A stretch of DNA of 64,000 nt from Desulfobacteraceae bacterium (GCA_021737045.1 JAIPES010000002.1:4641-68640), one strand, 5' to 3'. Positions 36,200 through 47,430 are shown, counted from the first letter of the stretch. The notes: generated by a model from the sequence alone, not told the origin. Numbers and translations are program-made.

Positions 36200-36236
36200 G
36201 CTGCAGGCAGGGGTGATATAATACCCCTCCTGCAGC
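36200..36236. terminator. Hairpin downstream of the lipoprotein gene
   Basis: GCTGCAGG(C)AGGGGT ... ACCCCTCCTGCAGC; no clear U tract on the + strand. Confidence 0.35.
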
Positions 36237-36330
36237 CTGTCGGGCAGAATCTCCTTTTGACAATTTCCAAACCAGGGTTGTTTCCCCGGCCCCGGCTCTG
36301 CTATAGAAGAGGAAATATGAAAAGGAGTCC

Positions 36331-37113
36331 TTGCCCATGAATGATAAAACCCTTTATACACAATGCGCTTATTGCGATGGGGGAACCTGTTATCCGGCTG
36401 CAAACCTCAACGACCCCCTGCCCGCCATTGAAAAAGCGCCCGCAGCGTGCCCCATGCGTCAGTATGAGCAAGTCGTCCGCGAGGGGATCACCCACTATCA
36501 CCGAAGCAATATTCAGGAATTCGCCCGCCGGGCCTCAATCCAGGAAGCCCAGTGTTATGAGTTTGACGGCCGGAACTTAAGAACCCGGATTCCGAGAATT
36601 GAAGAGACCATGCAGTTTGCCGCAAAGTGCAATTACACCTCCCTGGGTTTGGCCTTTTGCATCGGCCTGCGCAGAGAGGCACGGGAGGTTTCAAAAATTT
36701 TCGAAGCCGGCGGATTTGATGTGGCCTCGGTCTGCTGCAAGGTGGGCAGAACGCCAAAGGAATCCATCGGTTTGACAGGAGAAGAAAAAATTCGGGGCCC
36801 GGATGCCATGGAATCCATGTGCAATCCCATTGTTCAAGCCGAGCTGTTAAACCGCCAGGAGGTGGACCTGGCCATCATGCTGGGCCTGTGCGTGGGGCAT
36901 GACACCCTGTTTCTTAAATACTGCAAAGTACCTTGCACGGTATTGGCGGTCAAGGACCGGGTGCTGGGCCACAATCCCCTGGCCGCCATTTATCTGTCTG
37001 CAACCCCCTATTACGGACGTCTCAAAAATCCGGCCAGGCTTCCCGGGACAAAAGGGGAACGGGAAAAAATCGACATCATGGCAGAGGATGGGCCCGGAAA
37101 AAACGGAAGTTAA
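36331..37113 (+). CDS. DUF1847-family Cys-rich metal-binding protein
   Basis: Motifs RIEE...FA, GLAFC.GL, SVCCK, MCNPI.QA, GLCVGHD and VKDRVLGHNP. Confidence 0.88.
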   Translation: MPMNDKTLYTQCAYCDGGTCYPAANLNDPLPAIEKAPAACPMRQYEQVVREGITHYHRSNIQEFARRASIQEAQCYEFDGRNLRTRIPRIEETMQFAAKCNYTSLGLAFCIGLRREAREVSKIFEAGGFDVASVCCKVGRTPKESIGLTGEEKIRGPDAMESMCNPIVQAELLNRQEVDLAIMLGLCVGHDTLFLKYCKVPCTVLAVKDRVLGHNPLAAIYLSATPYYGRLKNPARLPGTKGEREKIDIMAEDGPGKNGS

Positions 37114-37128
37114 AACCACAGGGGCGGT

Positions 37129-38859
37129 TTATGGACGCCGCAAAAGGCGCAGCAATTCTGAAAGGGACCGGGTGTTGACCACATCATTGCGGGTCAGCCA
37201 TCCCCGGCGCGCCGCGGCAATACCGTTTTCCATCAATTCGAGATTTTCAACGCTGTGGGCATCCGTGGAAACCGCCATGCGCACCCCGGATTCTGCGGCC
37301 ATCTTGCAGTAGGGACTGGGCAAATCCAGCCGATCCGGCTGGGCGTTTAACTCCAGGATCACGCCCCGGTCTTTTGCCGCCAGGATGATCTTTTCCAGGT
37401 CAATTTCCATTGGATCCCGGGTATTGATGAGCCGGGCTGTGGGATGGCCCAGGATATGGCAATAGGGGTTGTCCATGGCCCGGATGATCCGCTCGGTCTG
37501 CTTTTTTTCATCCATGCGCTGCTGGTAGTGCACCGAACAGACCACCAGATCCAGTTGGGCCAGCACGGAATCAGCCAGGTCCAGGCGTCCGTCGGCCAGA
37601 ATATCAACTTCCATTCCCTTGAGCAGCCGGAAGCCGGAAAACTGTTCATTAATGGCATCGATTTTCTCCATGTACTGAAGGACCTGCTTTTCATTGAGCC
37701 CACCGGCCATGGCCACTTTCTGGGAATGCTCGGTAACGGCCAGGTATTGATATCCCATGGAAATAGCTCCCCGGGCCATTTCCTCAAGACTGCCGTGGCC
37801 GTCTGTGCGGCGGGTGTGGCAGTGCAGATCTCCCCGGATGTCACTTCTTTTTAGCAGGGCAGGCAGGCGGTTTTCTGCAGCGGCCTCGATTTCACCCAGA
37901 TTTTCGCGCAGTTCCGGCGGGATATAAGTCAGTCCCACTGAGGCATAAACTTCTTTTTCAGTTTTTCCGGCAACCCGCTTTTCCCCCTGGTACACCCCGT
38001 ACTCGTTAATCTTGTACCCCTTGTCCTGGGCCAGTTTGCGAACCGCGATGTTATGGGCCCTGGAACCGGTAAAATAATGCAGGGCCGCCCCGTAGCTGAC
38101 CTGGGCGACGATGCGCAGATCCACCTGAAGTCCCGAACGCAGGATCACACTGCTTTTGGTTTTGCCGTGGGACAAAATGTTTTTCACCCCTTCAAAGGAA
38201 ACAAAGGCTTCCATGACATCCTTTTCCCGATCCCGGGCGCAGGTGACCAGAACATCGAGGTCCCCCACGGTTTCCTTTCCCCTGCGGAAACTGCCGGCCA
38301 CCCTGACCCGGCGCACACCTTCGATATCCATGAGGTACTGTTCCAGAGCCCTGGCATGGACGGCCGCATCGCTCCACAGCAGGCGTTTTTCCCCGGATTT
38401 TTTCACCCGGCCCAGGGATTCAATAATATGCTGCTGGCTTTTTTCCCCGAAACCGCTTAAATCAGCGATCTGCCCGCGCCGGGCGGCCCGTTCCAGATCT
38501 TCGAGACTGGCAACGCCCAGGTGCTTGTAAAGCTGGGCGGTTTTTTTGGGCCCAAGAGAAGGCACCTGCATCAAGTCCAGCAGGGACACGGGCAGCTCCT
38601 GGCGAAGCCGGCGCAGTTGCTCAAGCCCCCCGGTTTCCACGATTTCCCGGATCTTTGCAGCCAGATCCCGGCCGATGCCCCGATACTGGCTCAGATCTTT
38701 GTTGGCCTTGACAAGGGAGGCCACAGGTTCAGACATCTGCTCGATAACCCGGGCCGCCTCCCTGTAGGCCCGGACCCGGAACGGATTGTCGTCCCGGATC
38801 TCCAGCAGATCCGCCACCTGATTGAGAAGATCCCGGATTTCATTGTTTTGCAGAAACAT
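37129..38859 (-). CDS. polX: DNA polymerase X with a PHP 3'-5' exonuclease domain
   Basis: Motifs NPFRVRAY, AGSFRR.KETVGDLD, QVDLR, YFTGS, PPELRE, GDLHCH and STDAH. Confidence 0.95.
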   Translation of the reverse strand: MFLQNNEIRDLLNQVADLLEIRDDNPFRVRAYREAARVIEQMSEPVASLVKANKDLSQYRGIGRDLAAKIREIVETGGLEQLRRLRQELPVSLLDLMQVPSLGPKKTAQLYKHLGVASLEDLERAARRGQIADLSGFGEKSQQHIIESLGRVKKSGEKRLLWSDAAVHARALEQYLMDIEGVRRVRVAGSFRRGKETVGDLDVLVTCARDREKDVMEAFVSFEGVKNILSHGKTKSSVILRSGLQVDLRIVAQVSYGAALHYFTGSRAHNIAVRKLAQDKGYKINEYGVYQGEKRVAGKTEKEVYASVGLTYIPPELRENLGEIEAAAENRLPALLKRSDIRGDLHCHTRRTDGHGSLEEMARGAISMGYQYLAVTEHSQKVAMAGGLNEKQVLQYMEKIDAINEQFSGFRLLKGMEVDILADGRLDLADSVLAQLDLVVCSVHYQQRMDEKKQTERIIRAMDNPYCHILGHPTARLINTRDPMEIDLEKIILAAKDRGVILELNAQPDRLDLPSPYCKMAAESGVRMAVSTDAHSVENLELMENGIAAARRGWLTRNDVVNTRSLSELLRLLRRP

Positions 38860-39111
38860 TGCACTTCTCCCCCGGGCATGATCAGCGCCCGTTTGCCAAT
38901 TCCTGTTATACCGCCTGCCGGTCGCATGGCTTAAAACCCTAAGTATCGATGCTTGGAACGGTCGTCAAGGATTTTTAACATTACAAATTCACTGCCGATT
39001 CCACTGAAGCAAATGGTATGCACGGAATTTCCTTTTGCATCGCCCGGGCGCCTCTGGTATAGAAAAATGGTTTAAACGCAAACAGCCCAAAACACACAGG
39101 AGACCATACCC

Positions 39112-39285
39112 ATGGCCATCAGCCAGGAATTGCTGGAAATTCTGGTATGCCCCCAATGCAAAGGGACCATATATCTCAACAACCGCGGCGACGCCCTGAT
39201 TTGTGACAACTGCAGGCTTGAATTTGAAATCCGGGACGATATTCCGGTGATGCTCGTTGACGAGGCCCGGCCGCTTGACGATTAA
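39112..39285 (+). CDS. Trm112-family protein (57 aa, below the ORF-track cutoff)
   Basis: MAISQELLEILVCPQCKG...LICDNC.L.F.IRDDIPVMLVDEAR; AGGAG RBS. Confidence 0.9.
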   Translation: MAISQELLEILVCPQCKGTIYLNNRGDALICDNCRLEFEIRDDIPVMLVDEARPLDD

Positions 39286-39330
39286 CTGCCTGAATCCGAA
39301 TACAAACCACGGCAACAGACAGTGTTTTCC

Positions 39331-39876
39331 ATGAGCCAGCCATCTGCGCCCGCACCCGCAAAGCTTGTCATCAGCGCCTTTATGGCGGACAAGGAATTGA
39401 TCAGGCCTGTTGCCGGGCGGCTTTCTGAGGCCTTCGGCCCTGTGGACATGATAAGCCGATGGCTTGCCTTTGACTACACCCGGTATTACGAGCGGGAAAT
39501 GGGAAGCGGGCTGTTTCGGCGCATGCTTGCATTTCAAAATATGATAAGCCAGGATGCGCTGTCGCAAATCAAACATACCTCCAACGCAATTGAAACCGAA
39601 TTTGCAGATAATGACAAGCGCAGGGTCAATATTGACCCGGGATATCTGCTGCGGGAGCGGTTCGTACTGGCCACCGGGAAAAACTTTTCCCACCGGATCT
39701 ATATCGGCGAAGGGATTTATGCGGATTTGACCCTGATTTACCAAAAGGGCGATTTCCAAACCCTGCCCTGGACCTATCCGGATTACGCAGCCGGGGAAAT
39801 GTCGGAATTTCTCCACCAAGTGCGCCGCAAATATATTTTTGACATAAAGGAGGCAGCAACGCAGGCCAATGATTAA
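39331..39876 (+). CDS. DUF4416-family protein
   Basis: Motifs T.YY..EMG, R.VNIDPGY, LATGKNFSHRIY..GIYADLTL and PWTYPDY. Confidence 0.88.
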   Translation: MSQPSAPAPAKLVISAFMADKELIRPVAGRLSEAFGPVDMISRWLAFDYTRYYEREMGSGLFRRMLAFQNMISQDALSQIKHTSNAIETEFADNDKRRVNIDPGYLLRERFVLATGKNFSHRIYIGEGIYADLTLIYQKGDFQTLPWTYPDYAAGEMSEFLHQVRRKYIFDIKEAATQAND

Positions 39877-40750
39877 AAGCATGACCGCTTTTGCCGGCAT
39901 TGAACACAGCCTGGACAACATCACCGTCACCGTGGAGATGCGCGGCTACAACAGCCGTTACCTGGACTTGGCCGTGAAACTGCCCTCTTCCTACGGCTGG
40001 CTTGAAGATATGGTCAAGCAGGCGGTTGGCCGTTGCATCAGCCGGGGCCGCACTGAAGTCCGCATCCAAATCCGGGCTGATGAACAGACCTGCTGGAATT
40101 TTGCAGTCAACCCGCAACTGGCAGACGCCTATTACGCGGCTTTGGATGAACTCAAACACCGCTTTGGCATCACCGAAGCCATTGGCATTTCGCATCTGGC
40201 GGGGGTCAGCGGCATTATTGAAACCGTGGAAAATCAAGCAGACGCAGAGACTTTGTCCCTTGCAATGGAGCAGGCCATGCAAAAGGCCCTGGAAGCCTTT
40301 GAGGCGATGCGCGCAGATGAAGGACAGGCCATGGCACGGGACATAGAAGCGCGCCTGGCTTTTATCGAAAGCTGCATTGAGCGCATTGACACTCTGCGCC
40401 AGGGCCTGGTAGAAGCCTGCCGTCAGAGAATTCAGGCCCGAGTATGGGAACTTACCGCCGACCATGTGGAAATCGACCCCACGCGCATTGCCCAAGAAGC
40501 CGCCATACTGGCGGACAAAAGCGATATTTCCGAGGAATTGACCCGGGCCGCAAGCCATGTCCGGCAGTTCTGGCAGATTATGGAAGCGGATGCACCTGCC
40601 GGAAAACCGCTGAATTTTTTATTGCAGGAGTTGAACCGGGAATTGAACACCATGGGGGTGAAAGCCGGCAGCGCTGATATTTCCCATATTGTTGTTTCCG
40701 TGAAAACCGAACTGGAAAAGCTCCGGGAGCAGGTCCAGAACATCGAATAA
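39869..40750 (+). CDS. yicC: YicC/YloC-family endoribonuclease
   Basis: Motifs MIKSMT, N.RYLD, DISEE..R and GK.LNF..QE.NRE.NT.G.K. Confidence 0.92.
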   Translation: MIKSMTAFAGIEHSLDNITVTVEMRGYNSRYLDLAVKLPSSYGWLEDMVKQAVGRCISRGRTEVRIQIRADEQTCWNFAVNPQLADAYYAALDELKHRFGITEAIGISHLAGVSGIIETVENQADAETLSLAMEQAMQKALEAFEAMRADEGQAMARDIEARLAFIESCIERIDTLRQGLVEACRQRIQARVWELTADHVEIDPTRIAQEAAILADKSDISEELTRAASHVRQFWQIMEADAPAGKPLNFLLQELNRELNTMGVKAGSADISHIVVSVKTELEKLREQVQNIE

Positions 40751-40786
40751 TATTGACCCTCAACCCAACCAGTCCCAGGAGAGCCC

Positions 40787-41065
40787 ATGGACTACAATTT
40801 GCTAAACATCGGCTTCGGCGGATCCATTGTCGCCGAAGAAGTCATTGCCATCCTGTCTCCCAACTCCGCGCCCATGAAACGGCTCAGAGACGACGCCAGG
40901 GATCAGAACCGTTTAATTGACGCAACCCACGGACGGCGCACCCGTTCCATCATCATTACCAAAACCAACCATATCATTCTTTCAGCCATGCAGGCGGAAA
41001 CCATTTCCCAGCGATTTTCAATGCTGAAAGAAAAACAGCGGGACAAGCAGGCCGGCAAGGGTTAA
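40787..41065 (+). CDS. DUF370/RemA-family protein
   Basis: Motifs LLNIGFG, SAP.KR and LIDAT.GRRTRS.I. Confidence 0.9.
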   Translation: MDYNLLNIGFGGSIVAEEVIAILSPNSAPMKRLRDDARDQNRLIDATHGRRTRSIIITKTNHIILSAMQAETISQRFSMLKEKQRDKQAGKG

Positions 41066-41072
41066 CCGGAAA

Positions 41073-41708
41073 ATGACCGATATGGACAAAACCACATCCG
41101 GACGCCAGAGAACCGGACGCCTCTTTGTCTTATCCGCCCCCTCGGGCACCGGCAAAACCACCCTGTGCCGCCGCATCCTGCCGCAGCTGGAAAACATGGT
41201 CTTCTCCGTCTCCTACACCACCCGCCCGCCCAGGGCCGGGGAAACGGATGGCAAGGACTACCATTTCATCTCCGCAGCCCGATTCGAGCAAATGATCCGG
41301 GAAAACCGGTGGGCGGAATGGGCCAGGGTCCATGACAATTATTACGGCACCAGCGCAGACGATCTGGCCCGGGACATGGCTGCCGGCTATGACGTTTTAT
41401 TAGACATTGATGTCAGGGGCGCGCGGCAAATCGTTGAACGATTTGCCGGAAGTGTTACCCTTTTTATTATGCCCCCGTCTTTGCAAGATTTGCGAAAGCG
41501 CCTGGAAAAAAGGGGCAGTGATGATAAGCAGATCATTGAAAAACGCTTGCGTGCAGCCGCCGAGGAGATGGCATGTCGCCATGAATACCGTTATATTATT
41601 GTCAATGACCGAATAGAGCGGGCTGCACAGGAACTGCTGACCGTCATTGAAAACAACCGCCAGCCAGTTGGCTGCCATTTCAACCCTGACTCCGGAACCG
41701 GATTGTGA
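41073..41708 (+). CDS. gmk: Guanylate kinase
   Basis: Motifs SAPSGTGKTT, SVSYTTRPPR.GE, YYGT and LDIDV.G. Confidence 0.95.
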   Translation: MTDMDKTTSGRQRTGRLFVLSAPSGTGKTTLCRRILPQLENMVFSVSYTTRPPRAGETDGKDYHFISAARFEQMIRENRWAEWARVHDNYYGTSADDLARDMAAGYDVLLDIDVRGARQIVERFAGSVTLFIMPPSLQDLRKRLEKRGSDDKQIIEKRLRAAAEEMACRHEYRYIIVNDRIERAAQELLTVIENNRQPVGCHFNPDSGTGL

Positions 41709-42496
41709 AACCCGATCATATGACCAAGGAAGAAATCATCTATGGAATCCACCCGGTCACGGAGGCCTTAAAAGCCGGCCGGCGAAAGGTCTCGCGGGTC
41801 TATATCAGCCGTGAAAATCCCGGCAAACGCGTAAACAAGCTTGCGGAAAAAATCCGGAAAAACGACATTTACGTGGAAGCGGTCAGCGGCGAGCAGTTAA
41901 ACAAACTCAGCCGGAGTGATTATCACCAGGATATTGCCGCCCGGGTCAGCCCGCTTCCCACAATGGCCGGGTCACGGCTCCTGGAGGCGAAACCCGGAAT
42001 CGGACCTGATGCCTTTTTCCTGGTGCTCGACAGCGTGGTGGACCCCCAGAACTTAGGCGCCCTGGTCCGCACGGCCGTGTGCATGGGCGCAGATGCGGTC
42101 ATCATCTCCCGGGACCGGTCTGCGGGCCCCGGGCCTGCCGCATCCCGGGCTTCTGCCGGCGCCATGGAGCATGCCTGTATCTGCGTGGTCACCAACCTGG
42201 CCAATTACATGAAAGACTTGAAAAAAAACGGATTCTGGATTATCGGTCTGGATCATATGGCGCACCAATCCATTGCCGAAACCGATATGACCGGAAAATG
42301 CGCTCTTATCATCGGCGGGGAAGACACGGGCATCCGCCCCCTGGTTAAGCGCCGGTGCGATTTTCTATGCGCCATCGCCCAATCCGGGCCGGTCAATTCA
42401 CTCAATGCGTCCGTGGCCGGCGGCATGGCCGTCTACGAGGCAATGCGCCAGCGGCGAACGGCCGCCTTGAAAAAAAATAATGCAAAAACCCGTTGA
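41705..42496 (+). CDS. rlmB: 23S rRNA Gm2251 methyltransferase (SpoU family)
   Basis: Motifs YG.HPV.EAL, DPQNLGA..R, IG.E..G and SLNASVA. Confidence 0.9.
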   Translation: MKPDHMTKEEIIYGIHPVTEALKAGRRKVSRVYISRENPGKRVNKLAEKIRKNDIYVEAVSGEQLNKLSRSDYHQDIAARVSPLPTMAGSRLLEAKPGIGPDAFFLVLDSVVDPQNLGALVRTAVCMGADAVIISRDRSAGPGPAASRASAGAMEHACICVVTNLANYMKDLKKNGFWIIGLDHMAHQSIAETDMTGKCALIIGGEDTGIRPLVKRRCDFLCAIAQSGPVNSLNASVAGGMAVYEAMRQRRTAALKKNNAKTR

Positions 42497-42530
42497 TTTC
42501 TTTTTTTTTACAGGAAAGGATCCGCATACC

Positions 42531-43772
42531 ATGAGTACAGCAGAGTCCATCACCATTGATAAAAACGGAAAGCTTTCCGTGCCCGGCCATGTCATCATCC
42601 CCTTTATCGAAGGCGACGGAATCGGACCCGACATCTGGCGCGCCACTCAACCTGTCCTTGATGCAGCGGTTGAATACGCATACAAGGGAGATCGCAAAAT
42701 CGAGTGGAAGGAAATCAACGCCGGTGAAAAAGGATATCAGAAGACCGGCCAATGGCTCCCGGAACAATCCCTGGAAGCCATCCGGCAGCACGTGGTGGCC
42801 ATAAAGGGCCCTTTGACCACACCGGTGGGAAAAGGCATGCGCAGCTTAAACGTGACCATCCGCCAGGTGCTGGACCTGTATGCCTGCGTGCGGCCGGTAA
42901 AATACGTCCCCGGGGTGCCCAGCCCCATGAAACACCCGGAAAACATCAACATGGTGGTGTTCCGGGAAAACACCGAGGACTTGTATGCCGGCGTGGAATT
43001 TCAGGCCGGGAGCCCGGAGTCGGAAAAACTCATCTCGTTTTTAAAAGACGAGTTGAACCAAACCATTGCCGCAGGCTCCGGCATCGGGATCAAGCCCATG
43101 AGTGCAAAAAACACCAAGCGCCTGATGGCCAGCGCCATTGTCTATGCAAGAGACAACGGGTATCCGAGCGTGACCCTGATGCACAAGGGCAATATCATGA
43201 AGTACACAGAAGGCGCCTTTGCCAGCTGGGGCTATGAAGCCGCCCGGGAACAATTCGGGGATATCACCGTCACCGAAGATGAGGTGTACGAAAAACACAA
43301 CGGCACTGCCCCGGAAGGCAAAATCGTGATCAAGGACCGGATCGCGGACATGCTGTTTCAGCAGGTGCTTCTGCGCCCCGAGGAATTCGGGGTCATTGCC
43401 ACGCCCAACTTAAACGGCGATTATATCTCCGACGCCCTGGCCGCCCAGGTGGGCGGGCTTGGCATGGCGCCCGGGGCCAATATCGGAGACCAGTGCGCGG
43501 TATTTGAAGCCACCCACGGCACCGCCCCCAAGTATGCCGGCCGCAACAAGGTCAATCCCAGTTCCCTGATTTTATCCGGGGCCATGATGCTCGATCACAT
43601 GGGATGGACAGAAGCTGCCGGACGCATCCGCAGCTGCCTGGCTGAAACCGTCAAAAGCGGCAATGTAACCTATGACCTGGCCCGTCAGATTAAAGGCAGC
43701 TGCAAGCTCTGCTGCTCAGAGTTTGGAGAGGCCATTGTGGAAAACATCTGCAGCTACCCGGAAAAATGCTGA
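42531..43772 (+). CDS. icd: NADP-dependent isocitrate dehydrogenase
   Basis: Motifs [38 protein letters not shown] and [12 protein letters not shown]. Confidence 0.95.
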   Translation: MSTAESITIDKNGKLSVPGHVIIPFIEGDGIGPDIWRATQPVLDAAVEYAYKGDRKIEWKEINAGEKGYQKTGQWLPEQSLEAIRQHVVAIKGPLTTPVGKGMRSLNVTIRQVLDLYACVRPVKYVPGVPSPMKHPENINMVVFRENTEDLYAGVEFQAGSPESEKLISFLKDELNQTIAAGSGIGIKPMSAKNTKRLMASAIVYARDNGYPSVTLMHKGNIMKYTEGAFASWGYEAAREQFGDITVTEDEVYEKHNGTAPEGKIVIKDRIADMLFQQVLLRPEEFGVIATPNLNGDYISDALAAQVGGLGMAPGANIGDQCAVFEATHGTAPKYAGRNKVNPSSLILSGAMMLDHMGWTEAAGRIRSCLAETVKSGNVTYDLARQIKGSCKLCCSEFGEAIVENICSYPEKC

Positions 43773-44595
43773 TTTTCAGGCCCGCCTTGGCCGCGCCCTG
43801 ATCAACGCGGTTTTTCCGGAAATCTGCCACGGCTGCGGCCGCTTTATGCCGGAGCGCGCCAAACAGACGGGCAGCCGGCCGGAGCCGACGGGACAGTCCG
43901 ACAAGCGCGACTTTGTCCTCCGGGTTCTGGAACCGGTCCTGTGCCCCGGCTGTCTGGCCGATATCCCCGTTGTGGACTCCCCCATATGCCCCTGCTGCGG
44001 CCGGCCGCTTAAAAGCCGGCAGGATGGGGATCACATGTGCGGCCGGTGCATCACAGAAAAGCGCAGTTTTTCAAAGGCCCGCTCGGCACTGGTTTATGAC
44101 GGCGCCGTACTTGCACTGATTCATTCCTATAAGTACAACAGCCGCACTTGCCTGGCAAAGCCATTGGGCCGGCTGCTTTATGAAGAATTTATCCGGCAGT
44201 TTGATCCGGAGGAAATCGACGCGGTCATGGCCGTGCCCCTTCACGCCAGACGGATGCGGCAGCGAGGCTACAACCAGTCGCTTCTGATGATCCGGCACTG
44301 GCCCGAAATGGCCGCAGAACACCGCCATTTCCAAAACTGGGAAGTTATTTGCCATGACCGGGCCCTCTGCCGCAAAACTCACACCCGGCCCCAGACCGGC
44401 CTGGACCGAAAGGCAAGGGCAAAAAACATCCAAGGCGCTTTTGATGTCTCAGAGCCCGGATTTTGCAAGGACCGGAGCCTTCTTTTGGTCGATGACGTAA
44501 TGACCACCGGCGCAACCCTGGACGAATGCGCAAAAGCCCTGTACCGGGCCGGGGCGGCCAGGGTCAGCGTGCTTACCCTGGCCCGGGCCCTGTAA
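43735..44595 (+). CDS. comF: ComF-family double zinc-ribbon phosphoribosyltransferase-like protein (start uncertain)
   Basis: CxxC pairs; motifs VPLH..R...RGYNQS and [15 protein letters not shown] at 43735 follows GGAGAGG. Confidence 0.85.
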   Translation: MWKTSAATRKNADFQARLGRALINAVFPEICHGCGRFMPERAKQTGSRPEPTGQSDKRDFVLRVLEPVLCPGCLADIPVVDSPICPCCGRPLKSRQDGDHMCGRCITEKRSFSKARSALVYDGAVLALIHSYKYNSRTCLAKPLGRLLYEEFIRQFDPEEIDAVMAVPLHARRMRQRGYNQSLLMIRHWPEMAAEHRHFQNWEVICHDRALCRKTHTRPQTGLDRKARAKNIQGAFDVSEPGFCKDRSLLLVDDVMTTGATLDECAKALYRAGAARVSVLTLARAL

Positions 44596-44631
44596 ACATT
44601 TCAACCCAAAGCCTGAACTGAGCGCAATACA

Positions 44632-45456
44632 ATGGAAAAAGCCTTGATCCATGATCCTGCAAGCCCATCCGGCGCGCGGCTGACAGCTGCGGTATGCCAG
44701 TTTGACGTTGCTGTGGGCGATGTGGACAAAAACGTTTCAACCGGCCTGGCCGCCGCTGAAAACACCTGCAAAAGCGGGGCGCAGCTGGTGGTGATGCCCG
44801 AGCTGTGGTCCTGCGGCTATGACGGGGAAAAAATAGCAGCGCATGCCCGAAAGACGCCTGAAATCATCGATTTTCTGGCCGGACTGGCAAAAACTTACGG
44901 CGCGGTCATTGCAGGCTCCCTTCCGGAGGAAGCATACGGCCATGTGTACAACACCATGTTTGTCATCAACACCAGCGGGCAGACTGCTGCAGCCTATCGC
45001 AAGATCCATTTGTTTCCCCTGCTGGATGAGGACAAATGGTTTGCCCCGGGCCGTCAAAGCATGATATTGGACTGCCATGGAATCCCGGCCGGATGCATGA
45101 TCTGCTATGATCTGCGGTTTGCGGAAATGGGCGTGCACCTGGCCGCAGGCGGGGCGCGCATGATCGTGGTCTGCGCCCAGTGGCCGGCCGTGCGCATTGA
45201 TCACTGGGATGCCCTGCTCATGGCCCGGGCCATTGAAAACCAGGTATTTGTAGTGGCTGCCAACAGATGCGGGGATGCAGACTCCGGGTTCAACGGTCAT
45301 TCCCGGATCATCGCCCCGGACGGTGCCATTCTGGCCAATGCCGGGCAAATTCCGGCACATGTTTCCGCCGAACTGGACTTTTCCGTAATTGACAACCTGC
45401 GCACCCGGTTCTGCCCGGTTGCCCAACGCGTGCCTGCGGCATATCCGACGGCTTAA
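44632..45456 (+). CDS. Carbon-nitrogen hydrolase (nitrilase family, omega-amidase-like)
   Basis: Triad motifs PELW, YRKIHLF and ICYDLRF; ARAIENQ. Confidence 0.9.
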   Translation: MEKALIHDPASPSGARLTAAVCQFDVAVGDVDKNVSTGLAAAENTCKSGAQLVVMPELWSCGYDGEKIAAHARKTPEIIDFLAGLAKTYGAVIAGSLPEEAYGHVYNTMFVINTSGQTAAAYRKIHLFPLLDEDKWFAPGRQSMILDCHGIPAGCMICYDLRFAEMGVHLAAGGARMIVVCAQWPAVRIDHWDALLMARAIENQVFVVAANRCGDADSGFNGHSRIIAPDGAILANAGQIPAHVSAELDFSVIDNLRTRFCPVAQRVPAAYPTA

Positions 45457-45474
45457 ACACACAAAGAAAACCCT

Positions 45475-46254
45475 ATGTTTTTCACGCGGCACCAGGGCCT
45501 GACATATGCCTGTTTTTCAAATCTTTCCGCCTGTCCGGGCGTGTTTCACGCATTTTTTACACGCCTGGGCCACCGGTCGCAGACAGGTTTGAAAGAAACG
45601 GATTTCAGCACAGCAGACAGCACCCGTCAAAACCGCACCCGGGCGGCCCGGTGCACGGGGGCCGCTGATCTGGTTTTTCTCAGCCAGGTCCACGGCACCA
45701 ATGTATCGGTTATATCCTCCCCGGTGGATATCCATGAAGCCGCGGCAAACGCGCCGGAAGCCGATGCAATCATCTCCGGCCTGCCCGGTGCCGGCCTGAC
45801 CGTTCGCACAGCAGACTGCCAGGCCGTGTTGCTTCATGACCCGGTCGGCCATACAACAGCCGCCATTCATTCGGGCTGGCGCGGAAGCATTGCCGATATC
45901 ATCGGCCGGTGCATTCACACCATGAGGAAAAAATTCGGCACTGATCCCGAAAACCTGATCGCGGGCATCGGCCCGTCGCTGGGCCCGTGCTGCGCGGAAT
46001 TTGTCCACTATGAAACCGAGATCCCGGAAAAATTCTGGAAATACAAAGACGATCAGCACCGATTTGATTTCTGGCAGATCAGCGTGGATCAGCTCCGGGC
46101 CGCAGGGGTCAGAAAGTCGCAAATCGAGCTGTCCCATATGTGCACCCGGTGCAATCCCCGGCTGTTTTTCTCCTACCGGGGGGAAAAAGCAACCGGGCGC
46201 ATGGCTGCAGTCATTGGTCTGAAAAAAGAAAAAAACAGGACACAAAATGAATGA
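45475..46254 (+). CDS. pgeF: PgeF/YfiH-family purine nucleoside phosphorylase-like protein
   Basis: Motifs QVHG, TADC, HSGWRG, GPS.GPCC and FFSYR. Confidence 0.9.
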   Translation: MFFTRHQGLTYACFSNLSACPGVFHAFFTRLGHRSQTGLKETDFSTADSTRQNRTRAARCTGAADLVFLSQVHGTNVSVISSPVDIHEAAANAPEADAIISGLPGAGLTVRTADCQAVLLHDPVGHTTAAIHSGWRGSIADIIGRCIHTMRKKFGTDPENLIAGIGPSLGPCCAEFVHYETEIPEKFWKYKDDQHRFDFWQISVDQLRAAGVRKSQIELSHMCTRCNPRLFFSYRGEKATGRMAAVIGLKKEKNRTQNE

Positions 46255-47065
46255 AAATACCGGCGGCCGGGTTGTGCAGGAAACCATTGAACTAACGGAG
46301 AACAAAAGGATTTCAGGCAGCTATTTCCGGCTGCGGACCCGATGCAGCGCCCATTACGCCAATGCCGGAGCCGGACAGTTTGTCACCCTCAGGCTTCTGG
46401 ACCAGACAGAGCCGCTTTTGCGGCGGCCCTTTTCCATCCACCAGGTAACCATCGGCACAAACGGGATCCCGGAAATCGAGATTCTTTACCGGGTGGTGGG
46501 GGGATTTACATCAAAACTGAGCCGGCAGCCCGCTGGCAGCCGCCTGGATCTTCTGGGTCCGCTCGGCCATGGGTTTACTGTAACCGCCCACACCAGGCCC
46601 GCAGCTGTTGTGGCCGGCGGCATCGGTGTGGCCCCGCTTGTTTTTCTGGTATGGCAGTTAAAGCTGGCAGGAATGGATCCGGATCTGATCACTGTGTTTC
46701 TGGGCGGGCAAACCAAAAACGATATTTTGTGCAAAGACCGATTTGACCACATGGGGGTGCGGACCAAAACCGCCACGGAAGACGGCAGCCTGGGTTTCCA
46801 CGGCCTGGTCACAACCCCCCTGGAAACCTGGCTGAAAACTGCCGCTCCGGCCATGATCTATGCATGCGGGCCCCATGGAATGCTTATGGCTGTTGGAAAA
46901 ATCGCCCGGTCGGCCAACATCGCCTGCGAGCTTTCCATTGAAACCCTGATGGCCTGCGGTCTGGGGGTGTGCATGGGCTGTGCGGTCAAAACCCGCGAAA
47001 ACAGTGAAGGCTACCAGCACGTGTGCAAGCACGGCCCTGTTTTTAACGCCGGGGCCCTGACCTAA
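46247..47065 (+). CDS. pyrK: Dihydroorotate dehydrogenase electron-transfer subunit (PyrK-like)
   Basis: Motifs LRRPFS, GPLG.GF, GGIG.AP and CGP..M; [2Fe-2S] site MACG.G.C.GC...VC..GPVF. Confidence 0.85.
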   Translation: MNENTGGRVVQETIELTENKRISGSYFRLRTRCSAHYANAGAGQFVTLRLLDQTEPLLRRPFSIHQVTIGTNGIPEIEILYRVVGGFTSKLSRQPAGSRLDLLGPLGHGFTVTAHTRPAAVVAGGIGVAPLVFLVWQLKLAGMDPDLITVFLGGQTKNDILCKDRFDHMGVRTKTATEDGSLGFHGLVTTPLETWLKTAAPAMIYACGPHGMLMAVGKIARSANIACELSIETLMACGLGVCMGCAVKTRENSEGYQHVCKHGPVFNAGALT

Positions 47066-47430
47066 CCCATCCAGCGCGGCCGGGTCACGTAAAGCCGGGA
47101 GTCGATCAACCCCTCGGTTCTGTACTTGGCCGCCTCCAGGTATTCCGGGTCCGTGACCATTTGGACGAATGCCGAGCGCGACGGATACTGCACCAGCAGG
47201 ACCGCATCCCAGTAATCATCACCGATAAAGGTCATCACACCGGTGCCGTAATACAGCACCCGGCCCCCGATTTTTGTGAGAATCGGGTAAATCAGCTGGG
47301 AATATTTGTCATACTGCGCTTCTCCCCCCTCGGGTTTGAAGCGCAGCATGTTGACCATCACCAGCTCCCCGTCATCAGAGACAGCGTTGATATTCTCAAA
47401 CTGTTCGGCAGTCGGCAGGATCGTTGGCAC
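47062..47430 (-). CDS. DUF1330-family protein
   Basis: GTG after AGGAGG; motifs MVNMLRFK, GG..LY.G and WD...LVQYPSR.AF. Confidence 0.8.
   Translation of the reverse strand: MPTILPTAEQFENINAVSDDGELVMVNMLRFKPEGGEAQYDKYSQLIYPILTKIGGRVLYYGTGVMTFIGDDYWDAVLLVQYPSRSAFVQMVTDPEYLEAAKYRTEGLIDSRLYVTRPRWMG

Noticed and set aside
37129-38859. polX as part of an NHEJ or defence island
   Set aside because: No Ku, LigD or defence genes nearby; canonical stand-alone PolX-PHP.
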